Source: Barthelona sp. PCE (taxonomy: Eukaryota). From it: a DNA stretch of 64,000 nucleotides. Position numbers and translations under genes: made by a program. The notes beneath the pieces were generated by a model. It saw nothing but the letters and a program-made list of their open reading frames with translations. It searched no databases and was not told the DNA's origin. The stretch covers positions 496,001-560,000 of the forward strand of contig JAUFOR010000002.1 of the NCBI GenBank assembly GCA_040285745.1, given 5' to 3'. Shown here one piece after another: positions 1-8,121 of the stretch (position 1 is the first letter of the stretch; the number at the start of each line of letters is the position of its first letter).

Positions 1-2
1 TT

Positions 3-515
3 TTGTTTTTGGTCGACGCAAGTGAGGAATGTGGTTATAAGTTATCCGAGCAGCTCGATTTATTTGATTCCCTTCATTCAATTTTTGCTAACAAACCAAG
101 CTACATGCTCTTTACGAAAACTGATCTTTTAAAGTATGACGATATAAGTGAAGAAGGCAAGAAGCGTATTGAAGAATCGCTTGCAAAGGTTCCCACTTGT
201 CAGAAGTTGGAGTATTGTAGTTTTGAAACAGAAACAGTTGATGCTGTGAAGGAAGTTGTTTGCACCAGTTTGTTAAAGACTGCTTATCAAAAATCACCAA
301 AAATTTACAGCGCAGTTCCGGAGGAAACTATCGAATCCAGGAAACCTGTTGAACCAATCAGTACATTGCAAAAACAACAAGAAGCTACACCGTTGACAGC
401 TGAAACTACTGCTAAGAAGAGTGAAATACGTATATCTACAGTTAGCGCTGAACAAAAACCTAAAAAAAGAATTGTTAAGAGAGTAGTGCGAAGAGGCAGA
501 AAGAAAAAGCAATAA
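3..515 (+). CDS. NOG1: NOG1/GTPBP4-like nucleolar GTPase, 3' part (5' end outside window)
   Basis: FLVDASEECGYKLSEQLDLFDSLHSIFANKP matches the NOG1 D(L/A)SExCGY...Q..LF..I..LFANKP segment. G4 reads TKTD. Basic C-terminus (RRGRKKKQ). Confidence 0.75.
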   Translation: MFLVDASEECGYKLSEQLDLFDSLHSIFANKPSYMLFTKTDLLKYDDISEEGKKRIEESLAKVPTCQKLEYCSFETETVDAVKEVVCTSLLKTAYQKSPKIYSAVPEETIESRKPVEPISTLQKQQEATPLTAETTAKKSEIRISTVSAEQKPKKRIVKRVVRRGRKKKQ

Positions 516-527
516 ATCACTGTTTAC

Positions 528-2033
528 CTATGATTTGCGACGACGAGTGCTCGGTGGACGTCTCTTTTTCTTTGAATTCTTTGCACTAACTGTTTTTGGC
601 ACAGGTGTATCACTTTTACGTGCTTCAGCGGCTTGTTTCTCCAACCTTTTAATATTTGTTGTATCAATATTGCAACCAAACGTGCTATGGAACAAAGGCA
701 ACGGGTCAACTGATATGGGGTCGTGCCCATGAAGTGAAGCGAATACTTCTGGCTGAACATCTTCTCCGTCGCACACAAGATCGAATGAACCAACTTGTCT
801 TAACGCTGGGTCGTGTCGCAGTGGATGTCTCCTTGTCTTAAGCATGGACGGGAGATACAAGCGTCGTTCCATATCGACTACACTAAGCATGTCATGCAAT
901 AAGCGCATTTTCATTTCTTTATCTGATTGTGTTTCAGCACTCAGTGAAGGCGACGCATTGACTTCAATGAGCCAGGGGTTCATATCACCGTCAATAAGAA
1001 TATCGTAACCATATAACTCAAAACAATGTGGATCGTGGATAACAGAGTTTTGTACTGATTTTAGTGACAAAAGAACAAGTTGCTGCATTTGAGCGAATAA
1101 AATGTCAGTCTCTTCGATGCTATGTTTTGCATTTAAATATCTTCTTAATGAATCAAGTCCCCATTTCGCACCAATACTTTCATCGTAATTTGATGATCCT
1201 TTTTGAAGTGATACATTCGTTAAATGAACATACGCGTTGTCAATGTCGTCCATAGAGTATGGTGTGAAACTGAAACGAGCAAAACCTTCACGATATATAT
1301 ATACAACAAGTGGCCGATAAGAAACAACAAGAACATACAACCTCAAATCAAATTTTTTGCCGCCTACAAGATAGGGGTGGTCAAGGTACATCTGTACAAC
1401 ATAGTTCTCAACACGATGCTCTTCTGTACTTTGACTTTTCCACTGCTCAATGTCTCTAAGTTTCTCAAATAAAAATATACCTTTACCCTGTGCCCTGCCA
1501 ATGGGTTTCATGATCCACACACCCCCTGGCGTCCGCTTAAATTCCTCAACAAACAAAGAGTAATCAGCAGGCAAAACATATGTGGAAGGAAAGAATGTGG
1601 GCATTACAATACCGTTCTTTCGCAATGTACGTCTGTATTTCTTCAGATTCTTTGCGAGTAAATCCTTACGAGTAAGTTCAAAGCTACGCTTGAAATGATT
1701 CAGTTTACGATATCCAATAAGTGGTGTAGATTCGTAATTCTCTCGCATCCACTCGATATTGGCCCATATGATATCCCAGTCATCCTCTTCAACCTCAACA
1801 AATCCACGTTCTTTAAATGTGTTCAGAATTAGTGATCGAATGCAGGTTTTGAATTTGATTCTCTCAGAAGGAACTGGTGTGCTTCCACTGCTTGAATTGT
1901 TTGTCGACCCGCTGTACCTTCGTCGAGTGCTACTGATACGTGTATCGCGAGTACTGGAAGAAGAATTCATGCGGTTCCTTGATGGATCAGATTTTGGTCG
2001 CGCCCTTGACCCCTTTCGCCCGACTGATGACAT
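528..2033 (-). CDS. TTLL9: Tubulin polyglutamylase, TTLL9-like
   Basis: TTL motifs ELTRKDLLAKNLKKY, WIMKPIGRAQGKGIFLF, KKFDLRLYVLV, HLTNVSLQK, FELYGYDILID, WLIEVNASPSL. Confidence 0.9.
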   Translation of the reverse strand: MSSVGRKGSRARPKSDPSRNRMNSSSSTRDTRISSTRRRYSGSTNNSSSGSTPVPSERIKFKTCIRSLILNTFKERGFVEVEEDDWDIIWANIEWMRENYESTPLIGYRKLNHFKRSFELTRKDLLAKNLKKYRRTLRKNGIVMPTFFPSTYVLPADYSLFVEEFKRTPGGVWIMKPIGRAQGKGIFLFEKLRDIEQWKSQSTEEHRVENYVVQMYLDHPYLVGGKKFDLRLYVLVVSYRPLVVYIYREGFARFSFTPYSMDDIDNAYVHLTNVSLQKGSSNYDESIGAKWGLDSLRRYLNAKHSIEETDILFAQMQQLVLLSLKSVQNSVIHDPHCFELYGYDILIDGDMNPWLIEVNASPSLSAETQSDKEMKMRLLHDMLSVVDMERRLYLPSMLKTRRHPLRHDPALRQVGSFDLVCDGEDVQPEVFASLHGHDPISVDPLPLFHSTFGCNIDTTNIKRLEKQAAEARKSDTPVPKTVSAKNSKKKRRPPSTRRRKS

Positions 2034-2160
2034 CTGATGCTTGAAAAAGTATATAAAGGGAAAACAAGTCAGTTTTGTTAACTAGCACCATTTGTTGGTT
2101 TCTAAGTTTTTCTTTGGATAAAAGTTTGCAAACTGAAAAGTAAACGCCTTGTGAAACATA

Positions 2161-2258
2161 CAGAAATACTTTTATGAAAAGTTGATGCAGATAAAAAATT
2201 TTCCATAAGTTCAAATATTATTGTGGGACTTTACTGGTTGAAAATGTGCAAATATCCC
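2161..2258 (-). other. Conserved two-hairpin non-coding element, copy A
   Basis: Shares CAGAAATACT, GCAGA-AAAA-TTT, TTTACT-GGTTG and TGTGCAAATATC (+ strand) with 3393-3500. Stems pair fully only on the minus strand via G-U pairs. Confidence 0.6.
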
Positions 2259-2297
2259 TATGTTATCATACATTAAAATGATTTGTTACATAACTAT

Positions 2298-3293
2298 TTA
2301 TTGGTGAAGATCGTTGAAGGCGGGCCACAATTCCTCAACAATAGCCTTGTTCATAGCAGTACGGATGTTGGAGAGCTCCTCCTCAGTCCAAGTCTCCATA
2401 TCACGACGAAGGAAAGTGGTATAATCCTCACGATTATCGAAACGACCAACAGGTAGGTAGAATTCTTGACCGTGGCTCTTTACCACAACTGTGTGAGGCT
2501 TATCGCTCTTCTCGAGCATATACTCAATATCATCTTGACCATAATCGTTGTACATAACAAACTCTGGAACACCATGGTTAAGAATGGAACCTGGGTTGTT
2601 GGGATCAGCACGGGCACGGTTCTTGGCACGGGACTGCTCAGGAGTAACCCAGATGTAAAGTACACCAGCATTCTGAAGAATTTCAGGAGCAAGACGACCG
2701 AAAGAGTACTCATAACCAAAGTGGTTAGTGAGGGGAAGATCCATATCGACGGGACCACCACGGGCGAATTCGATGACAACGGTTTTACCTTCAAGAGTAT
2801 CAGGAATGTTGCTAAGAAGATCATCATAAGCTTGCTTGGCTTCTTCCTCAACCTTCTCAACAAGGTGAGCTTTAATCTTGTCTGACAGACCAATGAAGAA
2901 AGGCTCCATACCGACACGAACACGGGCGGCATCGAATCTAGCCATAAGCCAGTTAGTGTAACAAGACTGAGTTTCAGCAGGCTTGCACTCAGGGCGAGTG
3001 AGGTTGGCGTAATCTTCGTTAAGAAGTTCGACAAGGAAACCCCAAATTCTGGAATCGTTAGCACTTTTGTCAGCACTCTCGAAGAAGAGGCGGTCTTCTT
3101 CAATTTCCTCCAAAGCATCATCGATGACACGGGAAAGGTGAACATAAGGGTAATCATCCAACTGAACGGTGGTTCCAAAGTGGAAAAAATCACGACAAAC
3201 TTCTTCTTCGCGAGTATCGAGATAACGACGAGCTTCAGACTTACCAGATGCAGGAAGTGCGCATAAAATGATTGTGGGAATGACCTTTGACAT
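2298..3293 (-). CDS. Uncharacterised P-loop NTPase/kinase-like protein
   Basis: 331-aa ORF. N-terminal hydrophobic strand plus Walker A-like LCALPASGKSE. Walker B-like VVIEFARGG. Strongly biased codon use. Confidence 0.75.
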   Translation of the reverse strand: MSKVIPTIILCALPASGKSEARRYLDTREEEVCRDFFHFGTTVQLDDYPYVHLSRVIDDALEEIEEDRLFFESADKSANDSRIWGFLVELLNEDYANLTRPECKPAETQSCYTNWLMARFDAARVRVGMEPFFIGLSDKIKAHLVEKVEEEAKQAYDDLLSNIPDTLEGKTVVIEFARGGPVDMDLPLTNHFGYEYSFGRLAPEILQNAGVLYIWVTPEQSRAKNRARADPNNPGSILNHGVPEFVMYNDYGQDDIEYMLEKSDKPHTVVVKSHGQEFYLPVGRFDNREDYTTFLRRDMETWTEEELSNIRTAMNKAIVEELWPAFNDLHQ

Positions 3294-3392
3294 TGAAAGA
3301 TGGATTAAATGATAGTTATAGGATGATGTTATTTTATTTACAGTATTTGATTCGATTGACGAAATTTAAACGTGTTTAAAAGTGCAGTTATC

Positions 3393-3500
3393 CAGAAATA
3401 CTAAGGTTTAAATAAAGCAGAGAAAATTTTTCTTGAATAATACTCATAGCGATTTTACATAGAAGCTATATGTTTACTATGGTTGTATTGTGCAAATATC
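3393..3500 (-). other. Conserved two-hairpin non-coding element, copy B
   Basis: Same ordered blocks as 2161-2258, with an extra small hairpin (ATAGC/GCTAT) in the linker. Confidence 0.6.
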
Positions 3501-3519
3501 TCAGTAAGTGGGGTGAAAA

Positions 3520-6500
3520 TTACAAGTACATATTGTGCGTAGTGTTTCTGCGAGAGAAATCACTGTTCCACTGGCGCAGTTCTTCCAAAAGTTGCGAATT
3601 CTGAGTTACAGACGCCACTATGCTTTTTTTAGCGATCATAAAGTGTTCAACGGTAACTTCAACCATGTTCTCAGCTTCATCGTCATCTTCCGCCACTCTT
3701 AACCCCTTATTCTTTTGACTCTCAATCATATGCAACGACTGTTCCCACTGATGTTCACCTGAGAAATGTTGTACTTCTTCTTTAATGCGTTGTTTAACAG
3801 GAATAATCAATGCCTCATTTGTTAATGAAGCAAGATCACTTCCAGAATACCCTTCAGTCTTTTTTGCAATCTCATCAAATGGAAAGTTATCTGTAACCTT
3901 GTCTTTGAGCAATACTTTCAAAATAAGTTCACGTTCACGTTCATTAGGTAAATCAATTAAAACCCTGTACGGCATGCGTCGAAGAACCGCCTCATCCAAG
4001 TCCATCGGTCGATTAGTAGTTCCTAATACAAGTACTGAACCTTTGTTGGTGTTCAGACCATCCCAATGTTGCATAAATTCGTTCTTGAGCTTCCTGGCCG
4101 AAGCACCTTCGGTTGAAGCTGAAGAATTGCGTTTGCGTAATATTGCATCCATCTCATCAACAAAAATGATTGAAGGAGCCATTTTCCTTGCAACAGTGAA
4201 TAAAGCGCGAACCATTTTCTCAGTATCTCCATGCCACTTCGATGTAACATATGAAGGAGTCACATTGATAAACGTTACTCCACAAGTTTTTGCAAGTGCC
4301 TTTGCTAGCAAAGTTTTACCAGTGCCAGGTGGACCATAAAACAACACACCTGATGTTGGTTCAATGTTTTTAAACCACTGAGGATGGTAAAATGGCATGA
4401 TGATGTGTGTAAGAAGGTAGTCCTTCACGGAGTCAAGTGCACCAATTTTTCGGAAGTCAGTTTTGATGTCTTCGCTTTTCACAATACATTGACCTATTTC
4501 CTCCTCGTATTCGTTCATAAAGATGGAAGATGTTTCCCTTTCCAAGACTTCAGATTCGGAATGACGTTTGAAAACATTGAAAAAAACATTTTCCAAATTC
4601 ACTTCCTTTTCCTGCAAGTTTTGAATCAGGATGAAGCTAAGCAACTGCTTTATATCATGTAATTGTAACACATGAGTCTCTAAATAGGAATATATTGAAT
4701 CAACAGCGAGAATATCGCTGATAAGATTGAATGGTACTTCTTTATCGCTCTTAAGTAATGAGTTTAACACATACCTCATCATACGATCATTTTGTTTGAT
4801 ATTTTTGCGATAAAAACTCTTACGTAATGATAGCATCCATTTTTTGAAGTTAACAGTATCAGTTTCATCAGGACCTGAAACAACAATCTCTTGTAAAAAA
4901 ATATTTTTTAATGATCGATGTTTGGAGGCAAATAACTGGTTATTATGTCGATCACTTACATTTTTGGCTGTATTCTTCATTAAAGGCAATAAATCTGCCA
5001 AATATGTTCCCTTTATAGGAGTTCTTTGAAGATGTACACCACCTTTAACGCCACCTTTAGTGGGAAAAGCTGAAGTTATATCGTTTTGAATGCTAGTTTG
5101 TGCAGTTTTAAACAAAGTACAGAACCAAATCACGTTATAATCACTATAGTCAGATTTGAACTTGCGAAACATTGATCTATACATCTTCTTAATAAAGAAC
5201 CGATCACCATTTGCAAAAAAAACAATTTTCTTCTTATCTTTTTTCTTATTATTCTTTTCAATAAACCACCCTATCTTTTGTAACTCCTTTCTGAAACTCT
5301 CATCACCCTTTGCAGAACTGTCTAATAATAGAATGTGAATTGGAAGAAAAACATATTGTGCTTTAGCAGCATTGAAGAGTTCCACTAATGCAATATGAGG
5401 ATTGTCCTCAAACAACCCACGCACAACACCTATATACTCATTCCAACGCACAAATGTACCAACTTCAATGAAAGGGTGTGGAAATGGTAACTTCTCCTCA
5501 ACACAAATTACTTCATTGCGCTTGATCCACGGTCGTCCAACGTCAGCTCCATCACTGCCCAATTTTCTTAAAACTTTAGTAATTCGCGAATACAACTCTG
5601 TAGTATTCAGTAAGCTGAAATTATTCTCAAATATTCGAGGAACACGGAAACCATCTCCAAACATAACATAACTTTCATTTGTGTTTGATCTTAATAAGTT
5701 TTGGGAGATAAGGTACTCAACTCCTGATGAAAATGAAGGTTTCTTTTCAATTCTTTCAATTGCAAACTTATTTTTCTCAATGATAATCAGTTCAGCATCG
5801 TGACTCTTAGCAAAACTCTTTGTCAGACTCAAACAGTAATCAGAGGCAGTATGATCAGCAATATAAAGTGCACTGTTAGGCACATTATCCATCATATCAT
5901 GCAGAGCAGAATTTTCACTAACTTGGAAATTGGATGAAACGCAAGATAATGCCATTTGGATTACAGGTAACACATATAAATCAGATTTTTCAAGTGTTTT
6001 GATCCCTTCACTTTCATAATCTTTAATTGAGTAAGAATCAACTTTTGACTCATCAAAATCGTTGAATGCGTCTAGGTCTACATTAAAAACACTTAAAAAC
6101 TCACAAACATGCATTTTTGAAAGTACTTCATGATTAATATCAGTAAAATACCTTTGTTTTTCCTCATTAAATGGAAAATACCATGCGAACTTTGAATATC
6201 CCTCAAACGCTAAAGAGTCTCCAAGGTACAATTCCACATTTCTTCCTTCTAACATTTTTATATCAATGAGTTGACCATTGACGCGGATATTACGTGCATT
6301 TCTAATGGATTTGGCTGATTTTGAAAGAGAAATAGAAAGAATGGTGCCATCCAGCGAAGGTAGAACTGTGTAATTGCATAAATCGCTACAAAACTTTTCG
6401 AAAAAGTCGGAAAGTAATGAATTTGAGTTACTAAAATGCGTGCTGCAGATTGTAATCAAAGTTTGATCCACTTCAAATGCTTTATATCCAACAAATATCA

Positions 6501-6666
6501 CACCTTCAAAAAGAAAATCTACAAAAGCTCCAAATATTTTAATTCTACTAGCTTCTGCATTAGAATTAGTTCTCTGCAACTTGAGTTCGGGCTCTGAAGA
6601 AATAGGAGTAGTTGATTTGTCAAGTGTGTGCTTATGACCCATAAATGATTCATATTCAAACTGCAT
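3520..6666 (-). CDS. AAA+ ATPase, MSP1/ATAD1-spastin clade, long form
   Basis: GVLFYGPPGTGKTLLAKALA, SKWHGDTEK, IIFVDEMD, KNEFMQHWDGL, TTNRPMDLDEAVLRR. C-terminal ELRQWN. Confidence 0.9.
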   Translation of the reverse strand: MQFEYESFMGHKHTLDKSTTPISSEPELKLQRTNSNAEASRIKIFGAFVDFLFEGVIFVGYKAFEVDQTLITICSTHFSNSNSLLSDFFEKFCSDLCNYTVLPSLDGTILSISLSKSAKSIRNARNIRVNGQLIDIKMLEGRNVELYLGDSLAFEGYSKFAWYFPFNEEKQRYFTDINHEVLSKMHVCEFLSVFNVDLDAFNDFDESKVDSYSIKDYESEGIKTLEKSDLYVLPVIQMALSCVSSNFQVSENSALHDMMDNVPNSALYIADHTASDYCLSLTKSFAKSHDAELIIIEKNKFAIERIEKKPSFSSGVEYLISQNLLRSNTNESYVMFGDGFRVPRIFENNFSLLNTTELYSRITKVLRKLGSDGADVGRPWIKRNEVICVEEKLPFPHPFIEVGTFVRWNEYIGVVRGLFEDNPHIALVELFNAAKAQYVFLPIHILLLDSSAKGDESFRKELQKIGWFIEKNNKKKDKKKIVFFANGDRFFIKKMYRSMFRKFKSDYSDYNVIWFCTLFKTAQTSIQNDITSAFPTKGGVKGGVHLQRTPIKGTYLADLLPLMKNTAKNVSDRHNNQLFASKHRSLKNIFLQEIVVSGPDETDTVNFKKWMLSLRKSFYRKNIKQNDRMMRYVLNSLLKSDKEVPFNLISDILAVDSIYSYLETHVLQLHDIKQLLSFILIQNLQEKEVNLENVFFNVFKRHSESEVLERETSSIFMNEYEEEIGQCIVKSEDIKTDFRKIGALDSVKDYLLTHIIMPFYHPQWFKNIEPTSGVLFYGPPGTGKTLLAKALAKTCGVTFINVTPSYVTSKWHGDTEKMVRALFTVARKMAPSIIFVDEMDAILRKRNSSASTEGASARKLKNEFMQHWDGLNTNKGSVLVLGTTNRPMDLDEAVLRRMPYRVLIDLPNERERELILKVLLKDKVTDNFPFDEIAKKTEGYSGSDLASLTNEALIIPVKQRIKEEVQHFSGEHQWEQSLHMIESQKNKGLRVAEDDDEAENMVEVTVEHFMIAKKSIVASVTQNSQLLEELRQWNSDFSRRNTTHNMYL

Positions 6667-6784
6667 TGCCCAAAAAATATCGCTCAGTCAATCAAATTGA
6701 AGAAATATAACCCGTTAGAAGCCAAAATTAAGTCAAATTCTGAATTGGAGAAGGTGTTTTTTCTTTATACACTTTTTTATCAGA

Positions 6785-7588
6785 ATGGGCCTTCGAGCCG
6801 TTGTATTTTTCGGACTGCTGAATGTTGCGCTGTGTGATGACCGTGTTGAATTTAATTCATTTGCATCATGGTCACTAGCTGGGTTAATTTTTGCATGTAT
6901 TCTTGTTTGGAGATCTAATTATTTACGATATATCCACTTTTTGAACAATTACATACCCCTTCCCTCATCAAATTACCTTGTTTGTTTATTTTTTGTTGCT
7001 TTTGCTTTTGAGAATATTGTTATTGTAGTTTTTCATATGGGTGTACCAGACGATCACAATCTGCTGTCAATGACATATGTAATTGCTTTTCATTCTCAAG
7101 GTTGTTTTATTTTGATATGGTTTACACGAATAGCTGTTGCTAAAACAATGTTTGATGAAAATAATGAACTGTTATTAATTGTTTATAACGTATTTTCACC
7201 TCTTAAATCCTATTTAATAACGTTTTATTGGTCTTTATATGGGATTTCTATTGTTTCAGCTGTTGTTCAAATGACTCAATTTAATAATAATATTCTTGTT
7301 AATGTTGTATTGATATTTATTCGATTTTTAATCTTTATCACATCTTGTTTCTTCTTAAAAAAGCCTAAGGCAATCATTTTAAGTGTATTGTTTGCCTTTT
7401 CTTCATGGCCTATTGCAATTATTTATGAATATTTTTCACATACCACGTTATATATGATATTAAAGTTCATAGTTGCGTATGTGATGTATACATATGCAAA
7501 GGATGTGTACAAAGAATATGTTGATGATATACATTCACGAACAGTTGATATCGATAGAAGTATTAATGCTCCATTAACTTTTGCATAA
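6785..7588 (+). CDS. Multi-pass membrane protein with signal peptide, unknown function
   Basis: 267-aa ORF, N-terminal hydrophobic signal and about 7 hydrophobic segments. Confidence 0.65.
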   Translation: MGLRAVVFFGLLNVALCDDRVEFNSFASWSLAGLIFACILVWRSNYLRYIHFLNNYIPLPSSNYLVCLFFVAFAFENIVIVVFHMGVPDDHNLLSMTYVIAFHSQGCFILIWFTRIAVAKTMFDENNELLLIVYNVFSPLKSYLITFYWSLYGISIVSAVVQMTQFNNNILVNVVLIFIRFLIFITSCFFLKKPKAIILSVLFAFSSWPIAIIYEYFSHTTLYMILKFIVAYVMYTYAKDVYKEYVDDIHSRTVDIDRSINAPLTFA

Positions 7589-8068
7589 AAATTCTTCTGA
7601 CGTTAACACATTAATTTCATTCTTTTTGAATAGTGCCGTGGATACACCACTTCCTGGAATGAGTTTTCCATTAAAATTCCCACTGTACGTTAAATGTACA
7701 CCACAACTTGGACTTTTTTCCATAAGTATCACAGTCCCAATCTGATTTTCTTTAAGAATCTCTAATGCACGGAGAGCACCTGCTCTGAACTGCCTAGAAA
7801 CATCTATATTTTGACTATTCATGACTCTTACATCTGAATTATCCTCCCAAAATTGTGATGCAGTTCCATCACATATTTCTGATGGAATCCGCGGAGTGGG
7901 GAGCCCTCCTAATACCTCTGGACAAATAAAAATTGGTTCAATATTGGTATTTTCAAAAAATTCAATCAAGTCTAAATTTTCTTTAGAATCTCCATCATAT
8001 CGACATTTAGCCCCAAGTAAACAAGCAGAACAACCCACTTTTGAATCGGAAAAGTCTTCAATATCCAT
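7574..8068 (-). CDS. DUF523 / 2-thiouracil desulfurase (TudS)-like protein
   Basis: SACLLGAKCRYDG, ICPEVLGGLPTPR, ILMEKSPSCG, YSGNFNGKLIPGSGV. ATG at 8068. Confidence 0.9.
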   Translation of the reverse strand: MDIEDFSDSKVGCSACLLGAKCRYDGDSKENLDLIEFFENTNIEPIFICPEVLGGLPTPRIPSEICDGTASQFWEDNSDVRVMNSQNIDVSRQFRAGALRALEILKENQIGTVILMEKSPSCGVHLTYSGNFNGKLIPGSGVSTALFKKNEINVLTSEEFLCKS

Positions 8069-8121
8069 ATTCAAGTTGAAAAGGTGAATAAAATTGGAAG
8101 TGGTCTTCTATTTACTGCCTG

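Noticed and set aside
2133-2161. Possible 29-nt 5'-UTR intron of TTLL9 (GTATGT...TTTACTTTTCAG, minus strand)
   Set aside because: Branch sequence and spacing deviate from the CTNAC-NNN-YAG consensus.
2480-3193. 237-aa same-strand and 139-aa antisense ORFs over the P-loop gene
   Set aside because: Expected by-products of strong codon bias.
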